Origin: Lama guanicoe
Taxonomy: Eukaryota
Length of the DNA: 64,000 bases
NCBI GenBank assembly: GCA_013239625.1
Contig: MU053588.1
Location: 3,004,799-3,068,798 of the forward strand
Direction: 5' to 3'
The notes beneath the pieces are model-generated. The model was not told the origin of the DNA. It made no database searches and saw only the letters and a list, made by a program, of their open reading frames with translations. Positions 52,801 through 64,000 of this stretch are shown here, one piece after another (position 1 is the stretch's first letter; every line of letters starts with the position of its first letter). The translations under genes were made by a program, and so were the position numbers.

Positions 52801-55800
52801 TTGAGGAAATTTCTAACACCTTTTTAATCAGCCCTTTGACAACACAAGTTACTAGTACATTGCATAAAATGCAGAAACCCAGCTCCTGAATCACTTCCTC
52901 TCACCATCAACTGCCATTGACCCCACTGACTCACATGCACACACCCAGACACATGTAATACACTCCTGCTCATTCAGAGAACCCATTCTCAACTCTTTAG
53001 TGACAGCAGCATAAAAGACATTAGAACACCACACAGGTTCACGTGTGTGTAATGCAGGACCCCAGACTACATTAAGAATATAACCCACCCTTTACCATAC
53101 ATGAATGCTGGGAGCTAGAGCATGCGCATGTGTCCCTCTGAGCCCTGCGTGTTCTGTCAGGTTCTCTGGGGAAAGAGGAAAACATGAAGCAGAGACCCTG
53201 GTGGCTGTGAGATGCGAGATGAACTTGCTGCAGTTTGTTTCAGGAAACCACAGGCAAGAAACAGCCAGGAAAGTTATCAAACAATCGTAGCCCACTCCGG
53301 AAGCTGAATGTTCCAGGATGCTGGGGGAGGAGGAGGCTAGCAAAGGAAGTCAAATCACAACAACACCGGCGAGGTCCCAGCGATGGCAGGGAAGCTACGA
53401 ACTAGGCCCTCCTTGCCCAGGGCCACGGGGGGCTCCTGGCTCTAGAGACTCTCCTTACCACACGCACAGCGGACATCTTCAGGCCACTGAGACCCAGAGT
53501 TGTGCAAGAAGAGACACCAACAGAACTCAGAACCAGCTCTGCTCACTCTGACCGAGGCCCCTCTCCACCACCCCCCACCTGTGGATCTCCGTGAACTGTA
53601 TAAACTCTGCTGTCTTCACTCAGGGTGTGAGTGTAACTGATCGGCCCTCCAAACTTGCTAGTGGATGATTCATATTTCCTCCTGTTTACCTGCACTGCCC
53701 GGCTCAGAGCCCTTAGGGAGAGTAACCCTCCATCTCAGAAAAGCTGTGGATGCATGTAGACCACTGTGTGGGTGACAGGATTTCCACTTCACATGCCAGG
53801 CTGACACTCCACTATCCCCACCTCTGCTCTCAGCATGTCCCTGCTCCTGATGGGGTGAAGCAGCTGAACTTCATGGAAAGCCCCACCTCTCCATCGGGTA
53901 TGGCTGGGCCTGAGGAGAACTGCAGTGCAACTGCTCCTCTCCCAGCACTGATGCCCCACTGGGCACCGAGCTACACAGATGTTGCCCTGCCCTCCCCCGG
54001 GTGGTAAGCTGTCCACCTGGGACAGGCAGAGAAGTGAAACCCATCCCTGAGGGAGAGTGAGTGGGAAGGGGTATAAAAGAGGAGAAAAACAAATGAAGGG
54101 TGAAAGGAAAATGTGAATAAAAGATGCTGTCTAAAAATACCTCCTCTAGCAGAAATGTCAGCATGATTTCATCCATTCTCGGAACGGATCGCACCCTTCC
54201 AACAGCCCAGAGAAAGAAAGCATAGACTACAGTGCCGATTTCATAGAAGGACAAGACTCAAACTGCAGGTGGCTAGAGAAGACAAGGTTCCATTGCCTTC
54301 CGGAAACCAGATCTCCAGCCCCAACTCAGTCTCAGATATCAGTGTTTGAGAAATTCTGCTTTTGATTGGTCCAAGGTAGACCTATACAGCTCAGCTTTTT
54401 ATAAACATCCCAGGTAACTGATTCAGATGGTCTGAGGACAACTCTGTGAGAAGTCCTCCCTCATCACTTCCCCACAGGGCTGCTGAGTGGTTAAAAGCAA
54501 AAGCTAGGAAGTCCCTGGCTTCAAATTCTGGCTCAAGCACTGCAGTTGCAAGGCCTTGGACAACAGACCACACCTTAGTCCCCTTACCTGCTGTGTGCGC
54601 CCTTGTGAGGATCAAGTGAGGTCATCTGGTTATTTAAAGTGTTTAGCACACTGCCTGGCCTGCAGGAGGGACACAATATTTGTTGACTATTAGTTGTTCT
54701 ATTAGTACACGACTAGCGACACTAGTTGTCAATTGTATTGTAATCAGCAAGCAAGCCAAATTTGTTGACTGTTAGGAGTTTATACTGCAATATTTACATA
54801 TAAAACTCATTATTCCCAAGAAATTGACAGGTCAAGTAATTTTTAAGCAAAAAAAAAAAAAGAGCCTTCCAAGGAGATGTCTAGACCTCGTAGCCTAGCT
54901 ACTAGCTTCATCCTTCTGAGTTACTTCTTTCCCTCTGACCTTCCAGTCTCCCTATTTTGCCCTGTGGATGCTGCTGGTGTTCTCAACAAACCTTATATTT
55001 ACATTATGCATTATGTTTCATAATGAATGTTAAAGTGTTTTCTAGTGTGTTTTGATTGTCCACCCTTCTCTACCGTCTTTCTCCAGAAGTCCTTCCTTCC
55101 CTCCACCCCTCTCGATTAACAGCTCCCATTTTCTGAAAGTCTTATAGGCAGTTAGTATGTGACCACCCCCACAAGTTAAGAATATCTATCTGGCCAAAAC
55201 GCTGAAAAGTCACTCCAATCAACAGAGAAAAGGTTGATGGAGAGTGGAACTCAGCCCTGTGCCTTGTGCTGAGGAGACCAGGTTGAGCAGTACCGCACAG
55301 GGCTCGTGCCCTCTTTTCCACCTCAGCCCCCACGGCTCACTGGCTCCAGCCCCATCTCCTTGTAGAGCTTCTTCCCACTGCCCATACAGTATTTCTACCT
55401 GCAGAGTCCACAGGCATCTTATGTAAACATATCCAAATCTGAGTCTGCATCTTGGTCCCTAGACAACCACCCCTCATCCTTGTCTCAGGGCTAATGACAT
55501 CTGCTCACCCAAGAGCCCAAGCTGGATGCAGCTCTCACTCATCTTCAGGTATCCTCCTCACCACCTCTCCTCTCTGGTCACTCACCCAGCCCTGACAGTT
55601 TTTTAGAAAGCTCTCCTGTCCCCTGCTCTCCATGCCCTCTGCTCCCCCTGTTCTGATCTCACACTCTCATGAGAACTGTCCACAGTCACAATTCTCCCAA
55701 CAGAACAGCTGCCAGAGTGCAGGTCCCAAAACACAGATCTGACCAGGTCACTTCCCACTTAAAGCCTCTGGTAGTTCTTCACTTATGAGAGTCCAAACTC

Positions 55801-57519
55801 CTTAGGCTACTCGTCAAGACTTCCACAATTTGATAGGACCCTATCCCTCCTACCACCAAAGAGGGCCCAAATAAGACCAGGCCAAAAATACTTACCCTCT
55901 TCACTCTATTCTAAAAGACCAGCAGCTGGGTACATGACACCTGGGAGTGGGTCCTTTCACATAGACATTAGTCAAGTTTATTTTATCTGGTGGTGGATCC
56001 TTGTGCTCTGAATGATGATACAGATTCCAATGAGGAAGAGGAAAGAAAATACAGGGCAGGGCATTTGAGCTGTAGGGTTTGAGTTCATCTAGTCTAATCT
56101 CTCCATTTTGCAGCAGGCAAAGCTAAGATCTAATGAAACAAATCTACCAATTCAAGATCAGAGCTTAGTCTCCAGCCCCAGGACCTAGGTCCCCGGCCCA
56201 CAGTTCTGCTTCCTCTGCCAACAGGTCTATAAGACTCTCCCAACACAGCTGTCTGGGATTCCTATAACCCTCCCCTTTCTCTGGATGCAACCAGGACCCC
56301 CTACTCCATCCTATAAGCCTGCAGATTCTAGGATGACCAAGAAGAAACAGAACAGGAAGGCTCAAGCTGTGGCACTGGTTCAGGGTGAAACTCCTGGGGA
56401 CAAACACAAGGGCCTTTGATTATAGGGAAAAAAATAGGTTTATTGTCTTGTTGGGTGGAACCAAACCACAGCAGGATCAAGGAAACCAGTTCTATGCCCA
56501 GAGATCAGGACTTGGCCCTAACATACCAGAGTGGAGAAGAGGGAAAAGAGAAATACATACTTTAAGAAAATAAAGGCCTTACAACAGTTCTTTCTTACCT
56601 CTGGTTTCTGTTTTTTGTTGTTGGTTTTGTTTTGTTTTGTTTTTCTTCACATAGGCCTCTGAGTCCCCCAGGATCTAAGAGGGCCAGGCAGGAAAAGGAG
56701 TGGTTCCCTGGAGGGTGGAGGACTCAAGATGAAATTTGATGGTTCCATTATGAGACTGTTAGAATGTTAGAGAAAAATTTCCCTAATTTCAAATTAAAGA
56801 AAAAAAAATCCACCTCTCAATAAAGGAAAGTACCCTCCTGCAAAATACAGGGGACTCATCTGGAGACTGGGGACCTGCCCATCTCAGTACTGCAAGAAAC
56901 AGGAGGAGCGAAAAGCAGAAAAGCCTGAGCTTTAAACAAGTATTTCATGAGCACATCCTCCTCAGTCACCAAGTCTGAAGCTACTTGATATGATTTCAGA
57001 TTGCCAGGATGTCTTAGATCAGCCCATAAAATGTCTCTGACCATATTCCTTGATGCCTATAGTCATTCCTCTGGGTTTGATCCTTTGTAGTGATTGAACA
57101 TTTAGACTGAAGGACAAAGTCTCACGCTTACCCCCAGACAAAGCCTATCATTCCTCCCTTCCTGCCCTGGCACAAGCTGCTCCCTGTAACATCCTTCTTC
57201 CCCCTTCCCTTGCCCTCAGCAAACTCAAATGGCATGCTCTCTCAGAGAACGTGAAAGGGCTCCTACAGGCAAATGTGCTCCCACAGTTCGTTGAACATAC
57301 CTCTATTTATAACACCATGAAGTAATGATATTTAATTTTCTTAATTTTTAAAAATTAAGATAAAGTATGAAAAAGAAAACTATCACCCACATTCCATTTT
57401 CCACTCATAATCTAGACTTGATCATTGTTTAATATTTTGGCATATTTCTTCCAGTCTCCTTTTCTGGGTGGCAGGCTGTAACTTCCTGGAATGCAAAGAT
57501 GATATACTTCCCGACCCTG

Positions 57520-57945
57520 TGCACACAGCTCTGGAGGTTAGCAGTCCAAAGCGTGTCACTGGGCTACAATCAAGGTGCTGGCAGGATGGTATTCCTTCTG
57601 AAGACCCAAGGAGTGAATCTGCTCCCTTATCTGATCTAGTTTCTAGAGACCACCTGCATTCTTTGGAGCACAGTCCCCTTCATCTTCAAAGCCAGTGACA
57701 GTCGTTGGAGCCTTTCTCACGCTGCATCATTCTGACCCTGACTCTCCCGCCTCCCTCTTTCACGTATGAGGATGCTTGTGATTACATCGGGACCACCTGG
57801 ATAATCCAGGATACTCTCACCATCTCAAGATCCTCAACTTTATCACATCTGCAAAGTCCCTTTTCCCATATAAAGTAACATTCACAGCTTCCAGAGATTA
57901 GGATGTGGACATTCGGGGAAGACCATTATCTGCCTAAACTTTACC
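57520..57945 (-). mobile_element. MLT1-like LTR fragment
   Basis: CATCTGCAAAGTCCCTTTTCCCATATAAAGTAACATTCACAG...GGATGTGGACAT MLT1 signature. Confidence 0.65.
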
Positions 57946-60412
57946 CACACCAAAAACTTGCTTTGCCTTCCTTCTCTTTCACTTTTCTTCTGATCCAGAG
58001 GCAGGAGCATAAGCTTCAAGGTGAAACACACTAGTTCTGTCATTAACTGGCTGGATGAACCTGGACCAGTCATTTTACCTCCCTTAGCCTCTTCTTCCTC
58101 ACCCGTAACACAAGGATAACTCTTACTGCACTAGGAAATGACAGTGAAAGAGTATCTGAGATATCTAAGGCATTATACCCGGTACATGGTATGTGATGAG
58201 CCCTCAGTAAACATTCCTTTCAACCTGTGCCTTTTTCCACCCCATTTTCCCTCACCCGTGTCCATTTTCTCCTTTGTCTCCTTTCACTTCAGTGACTTCT
58301 TTATTCAGCAAAGAAGGTCATATACCCGTCTCTTGTGATTCTGCTTCAGTGCCTCTTGGGATGGAGTCTGATCTCACCCAAGGTAGCTCACTATATTTAT
58401 ACGGAGAGAGCTGTTTTTGAAAAAGTCCTTTTATGGTCACATAAAACTTATATATATGTCCTCATCACTTATACCTGCCAGTTCTAACTCTTCCCTGTTA
58501 ATTTCTATATATGCTTCCTTATTTTCATACTTTTTCAGTCTTTCTCTTCACACTCTGTAAATAAGGATACTGCACAGACAAAAGTAATGCCCGGGCCACA
58601 ACAGGGAATTCCTTAAGCAAGATGAATGCATTTTGCAAGACATCCCCTGAAACCTGGTTCTAGGATTGGCTTTCAGCAAAACCGTTTAACTCTAGGATAC
58701 ATTCCCAGATCCCCAGGTACAGTAACTGTGACAGAAGGAAGCCACATGCCCTCTGGGTATTCCTGCCATTGCACTAAGACATTTTCCAGAAAGTTATTCA
58801 TGAATTACTGCTACCACTCCTGGCAGGTAAGCCTTTTCCTAACGTTTTTGTCTCCAAATGGCCTACCAGGACCCTGGCTAGAAGACGCTTCCCCCCAGAT
58901 GACCATAGCGGCACCTTTGCCTGTTCCCATAGTTACAACAACTCACACTCACCATGTGCTGGGTACTATCCTAAGGGCTTTATATGTAGCTATAGTCTTC
59001 ACCAGAACTACCATGAGAGTTATCATCTCTGCTTTTACAGATTAAACAAAACTGAGACAGAGAAGTTAAATAATTTACCCGACATCATACAACTCCATAA
59101 TTTAACCTCATCTACCATGCAAATAAATGTTAATAATTTTATCTGGGCAAAGGAAATTCTAACATTTCTGGGGTCTCCTGAATGAAATCTACTTTCCAGA
59201 ATGATTTTGCCCCCTCTGTTTTCAGAATTCAGCAAATATTCAGCATTGTTTTCTGTCTTATCCTTCACTTACACACACCTGTTCCCTAACATCACACTCA
59301 CAATCACACATCCCTTCATAAGTGCTTGCTGTTATGAATATCAGTCTCTTTGGGGAAGAAACAGGGGCAGGTTTCCAGGTGCAATGGGGAGTCATTTTTA
59401 TTGAATTGTCAACTATTTGCACAGTCATTCTCTAGCCGTAGAAGTGGTGCACTACGAAAAGAATGTGTAATGAAAAGGAAAAAGAGGATAGGGAGTCCCT
59501 GGAAGGATCACAAAAGGGAGGAGATTCTAATGCAGAAACAGTCATAAAACACACCCAGAATTTGTGGCCTTTGAACAATGGCAGCCCCACCTGCCTCTTT
59601 TCCATGCCTATTGGCCTCTGACTTCATTCTCAGCCCCCTCCCCCCCTCCTGGCCTTGACTTCTTAGACCAATACTAGGGGCCTGGGACCTAGGGCCAAGC
59701 CAGAATACCCAACACTGAGCTGTGTAGGTGGAGGGAGCAGAAAGCGAGAAAGTACTCAACTCACAGGGGCCTTGACTCATCTGTGTACACATCACTTGGG
59801 CACAGAATGGATTAGTGAAGAGTTGTTATGCAGGACTCTTGGTTTAAGGGGTTTTACTAAGGAGTCAACTTCCTCAGTGCTGTTCTGCTGAGAGCAAAGG
59901 GGTACGTGTGTAAGACGTCAGCTCTCTCCCAGTGTCTCTAACCCATTCTCTATGAACACCCAGGGTTCATTCCTTTATCCATAGGTCACTTATTTACTGA
60001 GCTGGCTTCCAGGAAAAAAAAGTCTCAGTTGAATTCTTTAAAGACCCATGCACTCAATTCAGTTCAAGCGTGTCTGTCATCTTAGTGATGATCAGACACA
60101 AATATCTTTTAAAGGCTCTGGAGGAAATTTTGACAAGAGCTTTTGTACCACACACCATCCCTTTGAGGACACCTGAGCTACAAACAAGACAAGGAAGGAA
60201 CCTCCTATGTGCTGAGACCTTTATGTCTGTACCTCATCTGATGTTCACAATGACCCTTTGAAGTAGGTACTACTATCCCTATTTTGCAAATGAGAAACCA
60301 AAACTCCAAGAAGATCAATAAACTTGTCCCATTTTAAATTTTTTTAAACTGAAGTATGGTTGATTTGCAGTGTTGTGTTAGCTTCAGGTGAACAGCAAAG
60401 TGATTCAGTTTT

Positions 60413-60461
60413 ATATATATACATATATATTCATATATATATATATATATATGTATATATA
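60413..60461. repeat. (TA)n microsatellite within a short L1 3' end fragment (~60335-60540, minus strand)
   Basis: Visible TA dinucleotide run. Confidence 0.85.
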
Positions 60462-63400
60462 TTCTTTTTCAGATTCTCTTCCATTATAGGTTATTATAAG
60501 ATATTGAATACAGTTCCCTATGCTATATGGTAGGTCCTTGATTTAACTTGTCCTTTGCTCAAGAACTGGTAGAAGCAGAACCAGAATTCAGATTCACATA
60601 TTTCTGAATTTAAAGTTCATATTTTCACTCTATACCATCCTACCTACCAGAATTTAAGGAAAGGAGAGATGGTGGCTTCTAACAGAAATACTCATAAAAG
60701 GCCTCAATAAAGAGACAGGATCTGAAATGAGCCTTAGGATGAATAATAATCCAGGAGGTCCAGTAGGAATAGAAGGGTATTATAGGAAGAAGGAAAAGGA
60801 TCAGAATAAATGCAGACATGGGAACGTAAAATGTTCAGGGTTCAGGTCTTACTATAGAGACCAAGGGAGCATACTGGGGTCATGCTTCGGGGATTTTGAA
60901 TGGTGGCTTAGGAATTTGAACTTCATTCTACAGATGATAGGAGTCACTTAAAAGTTTGAGAAAGTCAAAAACAATGCAAAAAAACATTTCCAGGAAGGTT
61001 ACTCTGACAATATTAGGTATGATGACTTAGAAGAGTGGTTCTCAACTTTGGCAACTCATTAACTACCTGGAAGTTTTCTTATTTTGTTTTTCTTATCTTT
61101 TCATTTTAACATAATTTCAGACATTCAAAAATGTTTCAAAATAGTTCCAATATACCCTTCACTCAACTTCCCCAAATATTAATGCTGTAGGTAACCAGAG
61201 ATTATCGAAATCAGTAAATGACTATTGATACATTACAATGAACAAATCTGCAGATCTTATCCAAATTTCATCAACTTTCCCAGTAACATCCTTTTTCTGA
61301 ACTAGGATCCAATCTAGAATCACACATTGCATTTAGTTGTTTTGTCTCCTAAGTCCCCTTTAATCTGAGCCAGTTCCTCAGAATTCCTTATACCTTCCGG
61401 TTCCTGACCTTCACGTTTTTAAGAGTATTAGCCAGTTATTTTGCATAATGACCCTCAGTTTGAGATCATCTAATATTTCTTAAACTTAAACTTAGGTTAT
61501 GCAATTTTGGCAAGAATACAACAGAAGCAATGCCATGCCTTCTTAGTCCATCATATCAGGCCCATGATATCAATATCTCACTATTGGTGATGTTAACTTT
61601 GAACACTTGGCTTAGATTTCTCCACTGTAAAATGACTACTGTTTTCCTTGGAAAATAAATTTAGTTTTTAAACTACCAGTGCCTGGGCCACACCACAGAG
61701 CGATCAAAAGAGCCTCTCTGGGGATAAGGAACAGGCATTGATAGGTCTAGAGGTCCTGCAGGGGATTCTAACTAGCATCCAGGGTTGGAAACCACCAGCT
61801 GAGACAAGAAGATTAGGATTCTGGAAATTAGAAAGGAAGCCATTTCTTGGGCCTCTCTTTTTAAAAGAACAGCTAGTTTCAGGCACAGATAAATATCTCT
61901 GGACTTTGGCATGAACCACGGTAGAGGAAAGGAAAGGCCAAAAATCCCCTGATTGAGAAAGTCATGGGAGAGTAGATTGCTGTCCAATAAAAGAGAAAGC
62001 AGGACGCTAAGTGAAGTGTCCAGCCCTCCTGGTCTATTTTCTCTCCAGACCTCAGAGAAACCTTTGCAGCAAGCACACACCATATAATTTTACTGTCATG
62101 AGCCTGATGTGAGCCCCTAAGTGCCACTGAGGGAGGGAATTATGGATCATGTTATATAAATATGTGACCACATATGCAAAGATGAACATTTCCAGGTACA
62201 GTTGGTTGAATAATTTACAGACTCTAGGTCAGAAGTACATGACTTGCTTTTGACAACCTCGCCCTCCCTACCTGGTCTTTTGTCTGTAATCTCTTCTGAA
62301 ATAAGAGAGTAAGGACCTTGTTATAAATTTCATGAAATAGAGAAGTGTACACATCTCCTGTCACCAGGCTGTTGAAGCAATGACCCTGCACTCAACTTCC
62401 TTAGTGTTACTATCTTGGGATTTCAAAAATGAGATTTCATCAGTCCCTTCCTTGGAGGGGCTATTAAATAACACTCAAAGGGAAACAGCAATTTACCCAA
62501 AATACAGAGGCTGGAAGGAAACTGACAAGAACTAGTCCTGAAATATTCACAAAAATACCAAGATCTGGTGCTGCTGGTGCAGGAGGGCAAGGTTGTTTAA
62601 GGGAGTGATAGGCAATAAATGACAAAAGAAAAGGCAAGGAGCACTCTAAAACTCAGGGAAGACTAAAACAAGAGTTAATTCAATTATCCCTCAATTATTA
62701 CACAGCCAGTTATCCCTAAAGCCTCTCTGTGGGTCTCACTAAAAGACCCAGGACATAAGAAAATGCTAACAGACAGGTGAAATAACTTATAGAAGCGTGG
62801 GAACAACTAGTCAGGAATTGCTGGGGAAGATTTCACGAAAGAGGTAGAATTCGGGTTAGACCTTTGAATGGTTAAGTCTTAGGGAAACAGAGACAGAGAA
62901 ACACCAACACAGAGAACCATGTGTCAGGCATTACTGTAGATGCAAGTTTTGAAAAGGATTTCAGAAATGAGAATGGGTTTGCATATGTTATTTTATTTAC
63001 TCCATTCAACCACTGTATGTGGTTATTTCATAGGAGGATGCTGATCCTCAGAAAGATGAAGTAACTTGCCAAGGTCAGTGGCGGATCTGGAATTAGAAAG
63101 TAGGTATGTCTAACTCCAAACCACTGAGAAAGGAACACAGTATGTTTAGGGAACAGGAAGGAGTAGGGACAGCTACAGAGGAAAGACAATTATGAAACAG
63201 GGAATTTAAGTAAGCTTGCAAAAGTGGAACCATGTTGCACAGCCGTGGAAATGAAACAGAGACATTTGAAATTGATCCTGTGGTGAAAGAAGAGCCACTG
63301 AAGGTTTTGAATAAGGGAGTAACCAAAGTGATGACTTGAGCAAAGACCAAACAAGATGGTGGTGAAAATGGGAGTTCTGGTTCCTAAGCTACAGAGATGC

Positions 63401-63864
63401 CACTATAATAGTAAAGGGGGCCACGTGATTTAGTGCAGCAAGAACTGGACTGAGAGTGAGAAACTTGGGTTTAGATGTAGAAAGCTAAGTGACAGAAGTC
63501 ATGTTCTCTCTCTGGACTTCAGTCTCTTCCTCCATAAACTGGGTGAAGTGAGAGTTAATCTAAATGATCTCTAAGGCTTTGCCACTCAAAGTGTGATCCA
63601 CCAACCAGCAGCAACAGCATCATCCAAAAGCTTATTCGAAATACAGAATCTTAGGCTCCACCAGAAGAATCATATTAAAGTTTGAGACACTTCTCTAAAG
63701 TGTCTTCCAGTTCTAAAATGCAATAGTTTCAGACTCTATCACTTCACAGGAGAGAAAAAAAAAAAGTTTATCTAGTCACTTCACCTGTGCCCTTTTCCTA
63801 ATAATGCTAACCTCATCTCTGATTTGCCCACATCTGAGTAGTCTTGGGAGATACCAATGGGGCA

Positions 63865-63884
63865 GTGCTGCCATCTTGTGGCAA
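63865..63884 (-). promoter_or_regulatory. Candidate CTCF site
   Basis: Minus strand reads TTGCCACAAGATGGCAGCAC, close to the CTCF core CCASYAGRKGGCRS. Confidence 0.5.
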
Positions 63885-64000
63885 AAATCAGTAAATGCCC
63901 TTTTCTCACCAATTAAGGGGCTGGGAGGGTTGGCTCTTGCATCAAACATCTCCACTTACTAAACATGACTCATTTCAGAGACTTTAGGAAATGGATTCAA

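Noticed and set aside
46830..64000. Additional genes (CXCL17, LIPE, further CEACAMs)
   Set aside because: No recognisable exons; short ORFs fall among MIR, L2, MER5-like and LTR fragments. Small or non-coding exons cannot be excluded by eye.

Overview
Mammalian genomic DNA, most likely camelid: it has a tRNA-derived Vic-type SINE and four copies of one L1 3' end. The only intact protein-coding gene I can support is a CEACAM1 orthologue on the + strand. Its 8 coding exons (4074-20708, all GT-AG introns) give a 438-aa protein: leader, N (IgV), A1, A2, TM and a three-exon cytoplasmic tail with ITIM and ITSM. There is no B-domain exon. Upstream are ERVL and LTR remnants. Downstream are an orphan half A-domain exon and about 40 kb of repeat-rich intergenic DNA. 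That DNA includes a TSD-flanked L1 carrying an antisense processed PTS pseudogene, apparently made from an exon-skipped mRNA and itself interrupted by a younger L1 fragment. I found no convincing new multi-gene system. The best leads are the exon-skipped PTS retrocopy, the altered GFCC' face of the N domain, the B-less architecture and the orphan exon. Repeat subfamily names and human/mouse comparisons are from memory, not database searches.
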